Assembly (NCBI GenBank): GCA_964589775.1
Contig: CAZPUN010000013.1
Coordinates: 1-32,000, forward strand
Length of the DNA: 32,000 bases
Origin: an uncultured archaeon
GTDB taxonomy: Archaea; Asgardarchaeota; Thorarchaeia; Thorarchaeales; CAZPUN01
Direction of reading: 5' to 3'
Positions 1 to 9,005 of this stretch are shown in pieces. The translations under genes were made by a program, and so were the position numbers. The notes under the pieces were generated by a model, which saw only the letters and a program-made list of their open reading frames with translations, was not told where the DNA came from and did not search any database. How positions within the stretch are numbered: the stretch's first letter is position 1; each line of letters opens with the position of its first letter.

Positions 1-1
1 G

Positions 2-733
2 GTTACACCTCATAGCGCATATGTTGAATTAGATGAATACAATAACAAGGAAGGAATGATCCACATCTCCGAAATTGGTAACACTTGGGTAAGAAATATC
101 AAAAATTATTTACGCGAATCTCAGAAAGTTGTTGTTAAAGTATTATCAGTTAATCCCGTGAAAGGCCATATAGATCTTTCACTAAGGCGTGTTACTACTG
201 ATGCAAAAAGAAGTAAGATCCAAGAGTGGAAAAGAGCACAAAAAGCAGAAAAATTCTTAGAATTACTAGCTGAAGAAGTGGGCAGTAATTTAGATGAAGC
301 TTATGAACTAATTGGATGGCCATTAGAAGATAAATTTGGAGAAATCTATGCAGGTTTAGAAGCAATTGCAGTTGATGAAGATAAAGCTATTGAAGATCTA
401 GAAATTCCAGAAAAATGGAAAAAGAAATTAATTGAAATGGCTATCGAACGAATTGAAATACCCAAAGTAGAATTAAAGTGGAATGTTAAAATTCAAGTAT
501 TCGAACCAGATGGAATTAAAACGATTAAAAATGCACTAATTAAAGGAAAAGAAGCAGGAAAAAATGATGAGGGTATTGAACTAAAAATATACTTAGAAGG
601 CTCACCACGTTATCGTATTGAAATAGTTGCATCAGATTATCAACAAGCAGAAATGCTTTTTGAAAAAATTAAAAACGCCATAGAAGAATCAGTAAAAGGA
701 CATCACGCAGTCTTACAATTTACTAAGATTTAA
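2..733 (+). CDS. eif2a: Translation initiation factor 2 alpha subunit (aIF2-alpha), 5' end outside window
   Basis: Frame is open from position 2 (VTPHSAYVELDEYNNKEG-MIHISE). S1-domain motifs GMIHISEI..W, KVLSVNPVKGHIDLSLRRV and C-terminal GSPRYRI. Confidence 0.96.
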   Translation, partial: VTPHSAYVELDEYNNKEGMIHISEIGNTWVRNIKNYLRESQKVVVKVLSVNPVKGHIDLSLRRVTTDAKRSKIQEWKRAQKAEKFLELLAEEVGSNLDEAYELIGWPLEDKFGEIYAGLEAIAVDEDKAIEDLEIPEKWKKKLIEMAIERIEIPKVELKWNVKIQVFEPDGIKTIKNALIKGKEAGKNDEGIELKIYLEGSPRYRIEIVASDYQQAEMLFEKIKNAIEESVKGHHAVLQFTKI

Positions 734-893
734 TTTTTAATTTTCTTTTCATTTTACGACGATATTCACCATATGGATCTTCAGGACTGAATTTTGGAGG
801 ATATGGAACTCTAGTTTTTGTTCCACATAGTGGACAAAAATCTTGAAGCGTATATTGACCGCAATTTGGACATTTCATAATTCTTACCTTCAT
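723..893 (-). CDS. nop10: H/ACA RNP protein Nop10 (56 aa, absent from ORF track)
   Basis: Hand translation: MKVRIMKCPNCGQYTLQDFCPLCGTKTRVPYPPKFSPEDPYGEYRRKMKRKLKIKS*. Two CxxC pairs, YTL, and the PPKFSPEDxYGxYRR Nop10 signature. Confidence 0.95.
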   Translation of the reverse strand: MKVRIMKCPNCGQYTLQDFCPLCGTKTRVPYPPKFSPEDPYGEYRRKMKRKLKIKS

Positions 894-908
894 AAACCAT
901 CATCTCAT

Positions 909-938
909 AAAAAATAAAAAAAGATGCCTAAATGGCAT
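909..938 (-). terminator. Possible terminator after aglB (short hairpin plus T-tract)
   Basis: On the minus strand the aglB stop is followed by ATGCC-ATTTA-GGCAT and then CTTTTTTTATTTTTT. Confidence 0.4.
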
Positions 939-3665
939 TTAATGAAGCTCTGTAGCAACCCACAGAGTGAACCAATCAGTTACTTTTTCAACACTTGATG
1001 AATTTGGACCGGGTATTCTGATAAATCTAATTGGATAGTTCCATGCTAAGTTCATAGATATATCATCAGTAGTATCACTTGTGTTTAATGGGATCAAGAA
1101 CTCTATAGTACCATTCTTAAATGCTGATAATCCGTTTTGTTGTGCATCACGAACTATTGTTCCATTTGCAAGGATATGACCATCGAAATAGTTGTCATTT
1201 TGATAGTTCACTAACCTAATATCGGTAGCAGTAGGATTAAGTAATGAATTTCCGAACTCGATACCAAATGAGTCGAGAGTTGTATAATTATCCATAGATA
1301 TTGCTAGATATAGATGAGTACCATTATTCTTAGCGTATGCAGTTCCTGTTAAGTATGGATTATTACCAAATTGGAAATTATATGAAAAAGTATTTGCTAA
1401 TTCTGAATCAGATAATTCGCCATCAATTGAAACTGATGAAAGACTGTCATATTTAGATCGAAGGTCTGATTTTGATGCATTCTCATATTGATACAACATA
1501 TCATAATTTATTTTGTAAATTTTAATGAATCCGTATGGTGAAGCAAATACTAAATTAAATGCACCATATAATTTAATGCCACCATACATATGATCCAAAT
1601 ATCCACGTTGATCCCATAGATTGAGATCATCATAGGGTGAGGTATTACTCCATTGTGTTTTTAGATCATTTGTCCAAGGTTCACCTTTTGTTAAAAGCTT
1701 GAATAGAGTGCTTTGATAATATGCATCTGTTGGCTGACCGGTTTTATTGTCAAGATATGTTGCATCATCTATAACATTTGAACCTAGTTTGTCTTCTGCA
1801 ATTCGTACCATCCAAGGCCATTTTCCTTCATCTCCACCGGCCCAAGCTTGTAAATGACCCCAATATACTAATACATATGATGTGTTCCAAAGCTTGAAAG
1901 TTCTTAGTGATTCAGTAAGATTTGTAGACATAAATGCATAACCCAATAGAGCAATTTGTGTGGAGTTAATTGTTGCACCATCTGCTACAGTAATCTTACC
2001 ACCAGCAACATTTATCCAATATCCATAATCCCACCATGATGCTACAACAGCATCACTGGGCAACTCATCTCTAAGGAATGTCATCGCTTGCTGCCAATCA
2101 GTAAATCCTTTTGGCGCAAACTCAGGAGTCGTAAGACTTGTTGCAGTATAAGTGGTAGCTTGCACGAAAGTTATCGAGATAACTAATCCGAGAAAAACAA
2201 ATACAACGGCTGCATGCTCGCTAGATAGTGTTTCACCAATTCTACCTCTACGTCTTGTTAAGATTGGCGCTTTACCTAATGCACGAGTATATGGCAATAG
2301 TATATTCGTTATAGCAATAGCAGATAATAGTGCTGCAACAGGAGCTAGTACAAGCATTAAACGAATCATACTTCCAGCAAAATATAATGTTGATATTCCA
2401 AATAGCAAGACGAAAATATCTTCATCGCGCCTCCGCTTATATACGAAGTAGAATCCTAATGGAAATATAATTGTAAATACATAAAGATGCGCAAAGAATG
2501 CACTCCATGGACTTGGAGCGTTTTCTGCAACAGATCCAAGAATTCTATTGCTTAACCGATAGAATGGATCTATAATTGTAAGGAATTTACTGCCGATCCT
2601 ACCAAATATAGTTTCCGAGCCTAATGATTTACCTAGTAGGTCTAGCGAATTGGTATATGAAAGATATGCAATAATACTGATGAGAGATGCAATACCGCCT
2701 AAAATTGCAGGTTTAAATAATGAAATTAGTTTCTTGCCAAATATTATTCCAGCCTGACCAAATTTTTTGTACAGTTCGGCGAAAATTAAAAGACCTGCAA
2801 CACCTATTGAAAGTAATCCAGTTGTTGAGGATAATAGACCAACTCCAACACGAGGTATCGCCATAGATATGAAGAGGCCTACTGTAATTGTGGATAAATA
2901 TGCCGTAAGTAATCGACCGCTATTTCTACCCATTAAAAGCATAACAAATGCATATAATGGTAATAAACCAAGAGGATAACTAGAAGCTCCCCAACTCGCA
3001 GATAATGCACCAAGAGATATACCAGCAAGAATTCCAGAAATTAAAGAACCACGCTTTACACTTCTAATGAAGAAATAATAAATTACGATAATCAAAAGAA
3101 CTCCAATAGATTCATTATCAAAGAATCCAGCAACTGTCCTTTGCAAATATGCAGGACTAAATGCAAGAATAATGGCAGCAAATATAGCGGTTGTTTTGTT
3201 AGAAACTTCTTTTGTAAGAAAATACATTGCGAATGTAGCTAATGCGCCCATAAATGCAGGCATAATTATTGCAACATATGTCAAATCTGCATTGATACCC
3301 ATCCAATGCAATAGATCATATAATATAGCAGTAGTAAATGGAACTCCAGGATAAGTAGTTTTTGCGATGTCACGACCCCATGGATACCAAACACTTGAAT
3401 CAAACCAATTAAAGAATGATTGAAAACCATTTTCTATAATGTGTTGTGTTACCTTTAACTGGAACCATGGGTCAAAAGCTTTAACTACAGGTTGTGCCAC
3501 AAGAACTGGGAATAATCTAATGATTAATGCTGCAAAGAAGGTTAGTAATAATGAAAGGGACAATAGAGTACCTTCTCTGCTAATCTGTACACGTGGCTTA
3601 TGAAATATTTGTTTGAGAATACGTACTAATTTACGCATTTTTCTACTGGTCATCGTAGTTTCCAT
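939..3665 (-). CDS. aglB: Oligosaccharyltransferase catalytic subunit AglB/STT3, eukaryote-like, with C-terminal extension
   Basis: Multi-TM N-terminal half. Motifs FDPWF, AGFFDNE, SVAEN, FAGSMIRLMLVLAP, WWDYGYWI and DK-type GDEGKWPWMVRIA. Confidence 0.96.
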   Translation of the reverse strand: METTMTSRKMRKLVRILKQIFHKPRVQISREGTLLSLSLLLTFFAALIIRLFPVLVAQPVVKAFDPWFQLKVTQHIIENGFQSFFNWFDSSVWYPWGRDIAKTTYPGVPFTTAILYDLLHWMGINADLTYVAIIMPAFMGALATFAMYFLTKEVSNKTTAIFAAIILAFSPAYLQRTVAGFFDNESIGVLLIIVIYYFFIRSVKRGSLISGILAGISLGALSASWGASSYPLGLLPLYAFVMLLMGRNSGRLLTAYLSTITVGLFISMAIPRVGVGLLSSTTGLLSIGVAGLLIFAELYKKFGQAGIIFGKKLISLFKPAILGGIASLISIIAYLSYTNSLDLLGKSLGSETIFGRIGSKFLTIIDPFYRLSNRILGSVAENAPSPWSAFFAHLYVFTIIFPLGFYFVYKRRRDEDIFVLLFGISTLYFAGSMIRLMLVLAPVAALLSAIAITNILLPYTRALGKAPILTRRRGRIGETLSSEHAAVVFVFLGLVISITFVQATTYTATSLTTPEFAPKGFTDWQQAMTFLRDELPSDAVVASWWDYGYWINVAGGKITVADGATINSTQIALLGYAFMSTNLTESLRTFKLWNTSYVLVYWGHLQAWAGGDEGKWPWMVRIAEDKLGSNVIDDATYLDNKTGQPTDAYYQSTLFKLLTKGEPWTNDLKTQWSNTSPYDDLNLWDQRGYLDHMYGGIKLYGAFNLVFASPYGFIKIYKINYDMLYQYENASKSDLRSKYDSLSSVSIDGELSDSELANTFSYNFQFGNNPYLTGTAYAKNNGTHLYLAISMDNYTTLDSFGIEFGNSLLNPTATDIRLVNYQNDNYFDGHILANGTIVRDAQQNGLSAFKNGTIEFLIPLNTSDTTDDISMNLAWNYPIRFIRIPGPNSSSVEKVTDWFTLWVATELH

Positions 3666-3775
3666 CCTAATTGAGACTTTTCTGTTTACTAAAGAGGCAT
3701 TTATTTTTTAACTATCCATTCATTTATGGAGATGTATTAAAATGTTACGTATATGTAATAATAGGTGAGTAAATA

Positions 3776-4897
3776 ATGAGTCAATTAAAGATCGGATTTG
3801 TTGTAAATCCAATCGCAGGCATGGGCGGAAAAGTAGCACTAAAAGGCACAGACGGTATAAAAATTTTAAAAAAAGCCATTGAACGTGGCGCAAAACCAAT
3901 CGCACCAATTAGAGCAAAACAATTTTTAGTTTCATTAACTAAAAATTTTAAGAATTTTAAAATATATACTGCAGGAAAAGATATGGGTGAAGATATTTGT
4001 AGAGACTTGAAAATTTCTTTTGAAACAATATATATACCCAATTCACCCACCACTTCAGATGATACCAAGAAATTTGTTCATCTTGCAAATAACCTTGTAG
4101 ATATTATTGTATTCGTAGGAGGAGATGGCACCGCAAGAGATGTTATGAGTGAAGTCAAAGGAAATACACCAGTCTTAGGAATCCCAAGTGGTGTAAAAGT
4201 AACTTCAGAATGTTTTGCAATTAATCCCGAGGCAGCATCAAAAATAATCATAGAATTTTCAAAATCCAAAAAGACATTCGAGGCTGAAGTAATTGATGTT
4301 GATGAGGATGCTTATAGAAACGGAATTTTAAAAATAAAACTATATGGTTATGTAAAAGTACCATATATTCCTCAATATATACAATCAAGTAAGTCGCCAT
4401 CACTTAATTCTGAAAATGAAAAAGAAAATCAAAAGGCTATTGCAAGATATATAATTGAGAATATGAAAAAAGACACAATTTATTTTCTTGGTGCAGGAAC
4501 AACCGTATCTGCGATAACTCAATTACTTTCATTAAATAAAACTATTTTAGGTGTTGATGCATTAAAAAATAAAAAAATTATAAAAATGGATCTTTCAGAA
4601 TCTGAAATTTATGAAATGATTAATGAAGATTCAAAAATAATTATCAGCCCTATTGGAAAGCAAGGATTTATTTTTGGCAGAGGAAACCATCAATTCTCAG
4701 CAAGAATTGTTAGAAAAATTGGATTCAAAAATATAATAATTATAGCAACTAAAAGAAAAGTCGAATCAATAGGCAATAAGTTAAGAATTGACTTTTATGA
4801 TGATGAATCATTAAATAATGAATTAAATGGAAAATACATACGGGTCTTAACTGATTATAATGAATCAAGAATGATGAAAATCGTATATGAAAAATAA
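3776..4897 (+). CDS. ATP-NAD kinase / AcoX-like family protein
   Basis: NPIAGMGG.VALKGTDG, GGDGTARD, PVLGIPSGVK, and C-terminal GKQGFIFGRGNHQ. Confidence 0.85.
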   Translation: MSQLKIGFVVNPIAGMGGKVALKGTDGIKILKKAIERGAKPIAPIRAKQFLVSLTKNFKNFKIYTAGKDMGEDICRDLKISFETIYIPNSPTTSDDTKKFVHLANNLVDIIVFVGGDGTARDVMSEVKGNTPVLGIPSGVKVTSECFAINPEAASKIIIEFSKSKKTFEAEVIDVDEDAYRNGILKIKLYGYVKVPYIPQYIQSSKSPSLNSENEKENQKAIARYIIENMKKDTIYFLGAGTTVSAITQLLSLNKTILGVDALKNKKIIKMDLSESEIYEMINEDSKIIISPIGKQGFIFGRGNHQFSARIVRKIGFKNIIIIATKRKVESIGNKLRIDFYDDESLNNELNGKYIRVLTDYNESRMMKIVYEK

Positions 4898-4909
4898 AAT
4901 GGAAGAAAA

Positions 4910-5299
4910 CTACTCTAGTTCTTCCAGATACTTTTTGTATTTTTCGGCATCCATTAATGATTTAATTTCATCAAGGTCTTTTGGTTTTACTTTAATAAAC
5001 CAACCTTCACCATATGGATCTTCATTTACAAGCTCGGGCGAATCTTCAAGAGCTTCATTTATTTCCACAACTTTTCCAGAAATAGGTGCAATTATTTCAG
5101 ATGATGCTTTTATTGATTCAATGGCACCAATTTCATCACCTTTGTTGATCTCAGTATCAACATCAGGCAATTCAACATAAGTAATTTCATGTAATGAGTG
5201 TTGGGCATAATCTGAAACACCAATAATTGCAAGATCACCTTCAATTTTTACCCATTCATGAGTATCTGCATAGTAATATCCATCCTTTACTTCAGTCAT
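4910..5299 (-). CDS. gcvH: Glycine cleavage system H protein
   Basis: THEWV, IGVSDYAQ, lipoyl-lysine motif IESIKASSE, VNEDPYGEGW. Confidence 0.96.
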   Translation of the reverse strand: MTEVKDGYYYADTHEWVKIEGDLAIIGVSDYAQHSLHEITYVELPDVDTEINKGDEIGAIESIKASSEIIAPISGKVVEINEALEDSPELVNEDPYGEGWFIKVKPKDLDEIKSLMDAEKYKKYLEELE

Positions 5300-5354
5300 G
5301 ATTTACCATCTCCGATATCAAATTGCATATTTTTTCATATTTTAGTCTATCGAA

Positions 5355-6494
5355 CTACTCATTTCTTTTATATCCATATTTATCTTCTGGATAAAAGGGC
5401 CACATAACAATTTCAGCCTTTTTCCACTTATTATGTATTTTTATTTCTACTTCCGTACCGATCTCGCTATATTCTTTTGGTAAATAACCCATGGCAATTC
5501 CAGTCTTTAAAATTGGGGAAATATTACCACTTGTAGTCATTCCAAGTTCTTTACCATTTATTGCTATAGGATAATGCTCTCGAGGTATTCCGCGCTCTTT
5601 TAATACTAATCCCACGCGTACTTGTTTAACACCTTCTTTCTTTTGCTTTAACAAAGCTTCTTTACCAATATAATCAGGTTTCTTAAATTTAACTGCATAT
5701 CTAATTCGTGCTTCAAGTGGGGTTATATTTTCCTCAATTTCATGGCCATACAAAACCAAACCTGCTTCTAGACGAAGCGTGTCGCGGGCGCCAAGACCAC
5801 ATGGTAAAACTCCTTTAGGCTTTCCAACATCCAAGATCTTTTCCCAAAGCTTAGTAACTTTACTAATGCCTTCGGTTGTTTTAGGCGCATCCAAAATAAA
5901 AATTTCAAAACCATCTTCACCGGTGTATCCAGTTCGTGAAACATAACATGAATAACCAGCCAATTTACGATTTTCAATATTAAAGCGCTTTATAGAACTA
6001 ACAGGAGTATCTGAAATTTTATCTAATACGGATGCAGCTTCTGGACCTTGAAATGCAAACATTGCGATGGTTTCAGACATGTCTACAAGATTTACATTGA
6101 ATTTATTCTTGTGTTCATTAAGCCATGCCCATATTTTATCTTTATTACTAGCATTACATACCAAAAGGAATAGCTCTTCATTAACACGATATAACATAAT
6201 ATCGTCTCTAATACCGCCATGTTCATTAAGAATTGTTGAATAATGTACGTCATGCGGATTTAGTTTTTCTACATTATTACTAGTTATGTATTGTAGAAAG
6301 TTAATAGCATCCTTTCCGGAAATATAAAAACGACCCATATGAGAGGTGTCAAAAAGTCCAGCATGTTCCCTAACAGCCATATGTTCCTCAATTGATTTAG
6401 AATACCAAACAGGCATAAGCCATCCTGCAAAAGGTATGATATTACCATGGGCTTTATGCCATTCATATAAGTGAGTCTTTTGCTCTTGTGCCAT
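5355..6494 (-). CDS. gcvT: Glycine cleavage system T protein (aminomethyltransferase)
   Basis: FAGWLMP, EHMAVR..AGLFDTSHMG, SRTGYTGEDGFEI, GLGARDTLRLEAG. Confidence 0.97.
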   Translation of the reverse strand: MAQEQKTHLYEWHKAHGNIIPFAGWLMPVWYSKSIEEHMAVREHAGLFDTSHMGRFYISGKDAINFLQYITSNNVEKLNPHDVHYSTILNEHGGIRDDIMLYRVNEELFLLVCNASNKDKIWAWLNEHKNKFNVNLVDMSETIAMFAFQGPEAASVLDKISDTPVSSIKRFNIENRKLAGYSCYVSRTGYTGEDGFEIFILDAPKTTEGISKVTKLWEKILDVGKPKGVLPCGLGARDTLRLEAGLVLYGHEIEENITPLEARIRYAVKFKKPDYIGKEALLKQKKEGVKQVRVGLVLKERGIPREHYPIAINGKELGMTTSGNISPILKTGIAMGYLPKEYSEIGTEVEIKIHNKWKKAEIVMWPFYPEDKYGYKRNE

Positions 6495-6576
6495 AGATTA
6501 GCCTCCATTTTTAAAAGTAAAACATAAATCATACATGAAAATGATGGATAATTATTAGATATAAAGATGATGCATT

Positions 6577-7779
6577 ATGATTTACGGAAAAATAGGTAGA
6601 TATGAAATAAAAGATAATAATCAACCATTAATAATGACTGTAATTAATATTTCTCCAGAATCATTTTTCAAAGGTTCGATCAAAAATACAGATAATCTAT
6701 CCGAAAACATTCACAAAGCGATCAATGAAGGCGCTGATATTATTGACATAGGTGCTGCATCAACTGCACCCCCGGAATATGGAACGCCACCAATTACAAG
6801 GGAAGAGGAATTAAGACGCATTAAGAATGCTTTGCAAGAAATCTTAGAAATAAATACCGAATTCTCAATAGATACAATGCACTCAGAAGTAGCAGAATAT
6901 GCTCTAAAAAAAGGAGTTAGAATAATTAATGATGTTAGCGGTTTAAAAAACGATACCAACATGGCAAAAGTAATTGCAGACTATGATGCATATATAATAA
7001 TAATGGCGTGCAAAAATGCACCAGGGGATGTTGGAAAAATTTACGAAATAAAAACAGAATTAAGAAAAAGCATAGATATTGCAATTAAAGCTGGAATCGA
7101 TCCCGAGAAAATAATAATAGATCCAGGAATTGGATTTGGAAAACCTTACGAACAAGATCTTGAGATTATTCAAAAATTACAACAGTTTAGAACCATAAAT
7201 AAACCAATTTTAGTAGGTGTTTCTAGAAAGTCATTTATAGGAAAAGTTTTAGAAAACGTACCACCTGAAAAACGATTATTTGGAAGCTTGTCGGCTACAG
7301 CAATTGCTGTTTATAATGGTGCGCACATTATAAGAACACACGATACAAAGGAAACGTATGATGTAGTTAGAATTGCATACTCAATAAAACCAAAAATACA
7401 GTATATGGAGGATATTGAGTTACTTACATGGTTACATGAGCCAGCAGACGCCGAAGAAGTCATGATAGATATTGGTGTTCAGCCAGAAGGCGCAAAAATA
7501 ATGAAAAACAAAATGAGAGTCTTACCAATTCTATTAAGGAATGTTCAAACACCAGCTGCAACAATAATTAAAGAAGAAATGCTGGCTCTCGGAGGAGATG
7601 CAGCAACACATTCGGGAACTGTTGACTGTTTCGTAAAAACAGCGGACATCCTAATTTTAGGAACAGATATTCACATTAAAAGATTAATTAAAAAATTGTC
7701 AAAAATGCCTTATTTCAATTTGGACAGAATAAGTACAAAATTAAGAACATTGATCAAACAGGTCGAAAACTATGAATAA
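6577..7779 (+). CDS. folP: Dihydropteroate synthase with C-terminal Prd-like domain
   Basis: INISPESF, GADIIDIG, SIDT, INDVSG, DPGIGFGK, GVSRKSF, IIRTHD, plus about 120 extra C-terminal residues. Confidence 0.93.
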   Translation: MIYGKIGRYEIKDNNQPLIMTVINISPESFFKGSIKNTDNLSENIHKAINEGADIIDIGAASTAPPEYGTPPITREEELRRIKNALQEILEINTEFSIDTMHSEVAEYALKKGVRIINDVSGLKNDTNMAKVIADYDAYIIIMACKNAPGDVGKIYEIKTELRKSIDIAIKAGIDPEKIIIDPGIGFGKPYEQDLEIIQKLQQFRTINKPILVGVSRKSFIGKVLENVPPEKRLFGSLSATAIAVYNGAHIIRTHDTKETYDVVRIAYSIKPKIQYMEDIELLTWLHEPADAEEVMIDIGVQPEGAKIMKNKMRVLPILLRNVQTPAATIIKEEMLALGGDAATHSGTVDCFVKTADILILGTDIHIKRLIKKLSKMPYFNLDRISTKLRTLIKQVENYE

Positions 7780-8458
7780 AAATGAAAAAATAAAATGGGC
7801 TAAAGAATATGAAAAAATAAAACACGACATAAATATTTCTGCACATCAAGATCTAAAATCCACAATTATTTTTTCAATAATGATAAATAGAAAATATAAT
7901 AAAATACATTTTGACAACGAGATACGAGATAAAATCGTATACATTATAGGAACTGGCGCGACCTTAGAAAATGATATTAAAAGCTTGAATAAAACTGATG
8001 ACATATACATAATAGCAGCTGATGGAGCAATTGGTGCGTTATTACGCGAAAACATAATACCAAATTTGTGTATATCAGATTTAGATAGTCGCGAAAACGA
8101 TTTACTTATTGCAAACGAACTTGGGATACCTATATTAATAAATAGTCATGGCGATAATGTGGACAAAATATACAGAATTTTTCCAAAATTAACTAGAATT
8201 ACAATAGCAACTTCACAAATTGAAGAAATTGAAAATGTTTCACTAAATTTTGGCTTTACAGATGGAGATAGAGCTTTTTACTTTGCGAAAGCATACAAAG
8301 CACGTAATATCAAGCTATTGGGTATGAATTTTGATAATAAAATTAGCAAATTTTCAAAACCAATGTTCAAAGAAAACAAAATTGCAAGTCAGCGAAAAAT
8401 GAAGAAAATATCAATTGCAAAAAGATTAATTAAAAATCATGAATTCGCAAAAGTCTAA
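7772..8458 (+). CDS. mptE: 6-hydroxymethyl-7,8-dihydropterin pyrophosphokinase (MptE, TPK-like)
   Basis: IIGTGA, IAADGA, SDLD, HGDN, FGFTDGDRA, LLGMNF. Overlaps the folP stop. Confidence 0.85.
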   Translation: MNKNEKIKWAKEYEKIKHDINISAHQDLKSTIIFSIMINRKYNKIHFDNEIRDKIVYIIGTGATLENDIKSLNKTDDIYIIAADGAIGALLRENIIPNLCISDLDSRENDLLIANELGIPILINSHGDNVDKIYRIFPKLTRITIATSQIEEIENVSLNFGFTDGDRAFYFAKAYKARNIKLLGMNFDNKISKFSKPMFKENKIASQRKMKKISIAKRLIKNHEFAKV

Positions 8459-8468
8459 AAATATTTGA

Positions 8469-8494
8469 GGGCATCATTTCTAATTTAGATGCCC
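8469..8494. terminator. Inverted repeat between convergent genes
   Basis: GGGCATC (8469-8475) and GATGCCC (8488-8494) between the stops of mptE and the OSTC-like gene. Confidence 0.4.
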
Positions 8495-8499
8495 AAACA

Positions 8500-8940
8500 T
8501 TACGAAGGAACTGTTGTCTTTACTATCATGAAGTATTGCAATATAAGATATGAAATACCAGCTAGTAATAGACCAAGAAGCATAATTCTAGTTGCAAATG
8601 CAGGTTGATATGTATATCGTGTAGCACGGTATAATAATCCAAAACCAAGAATACCAATTAATAATATACCAGATGCTACGAAACCTTCTATCTTAAACTG
8701 GGAATCTAAACCATAGGCTAAGAGAGCCGGTTTATTTAAATATTGCCCTATGGCGATAGGATCTCTTACAAGAGTATATACTCCGCCACCAAGAACAAAT
8801 AGTACAAATACCATTATAATTCCAAAGATTAATGTATCGGAAGGCCTACTGGGCATTTTTAGTGTAGGTCTTGAAAGATTTAATTTCGGTTTTACTAGAA
8901 ACGGGGGCCACGATGCATTCATCACTGATACCTCACTCAT
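8500..8940 (-). CDS. OST3/OST6-family, OSTC/DC2-like oligosaccharyltransferase accessory subunit
   Basis: Three TM helices. PFL..P.L.L..P, GGxxYxxxxxP and QFxxEGxxAS patterns as in eukaryotic OSTC/DC2. Start at ATG 8940 or 8922; the ORF-track extension overlaps topA and its promoter region. Confidence 0.8.
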   Translation of the reverse strand: MSEVSVMNASWPPFLVKPKLNLSRPTLKMPSRPSDTLIFGIIMVFVLFVLGGGVYTLVRDPIAIGQYLNKPALLAYGLDSQFKIEGFVASGILLIGILGFGLLYRATRYTYQPAFATRIMLLGLLLAGISYLILQYFMIVKTTVPS

Positions 8941-9005
8941 GTTGATATACCAATGTTTTAAAAATATTTTGCCTATTGCTATATAAAAAGCTCTGTAGAT
9001 GTAAA

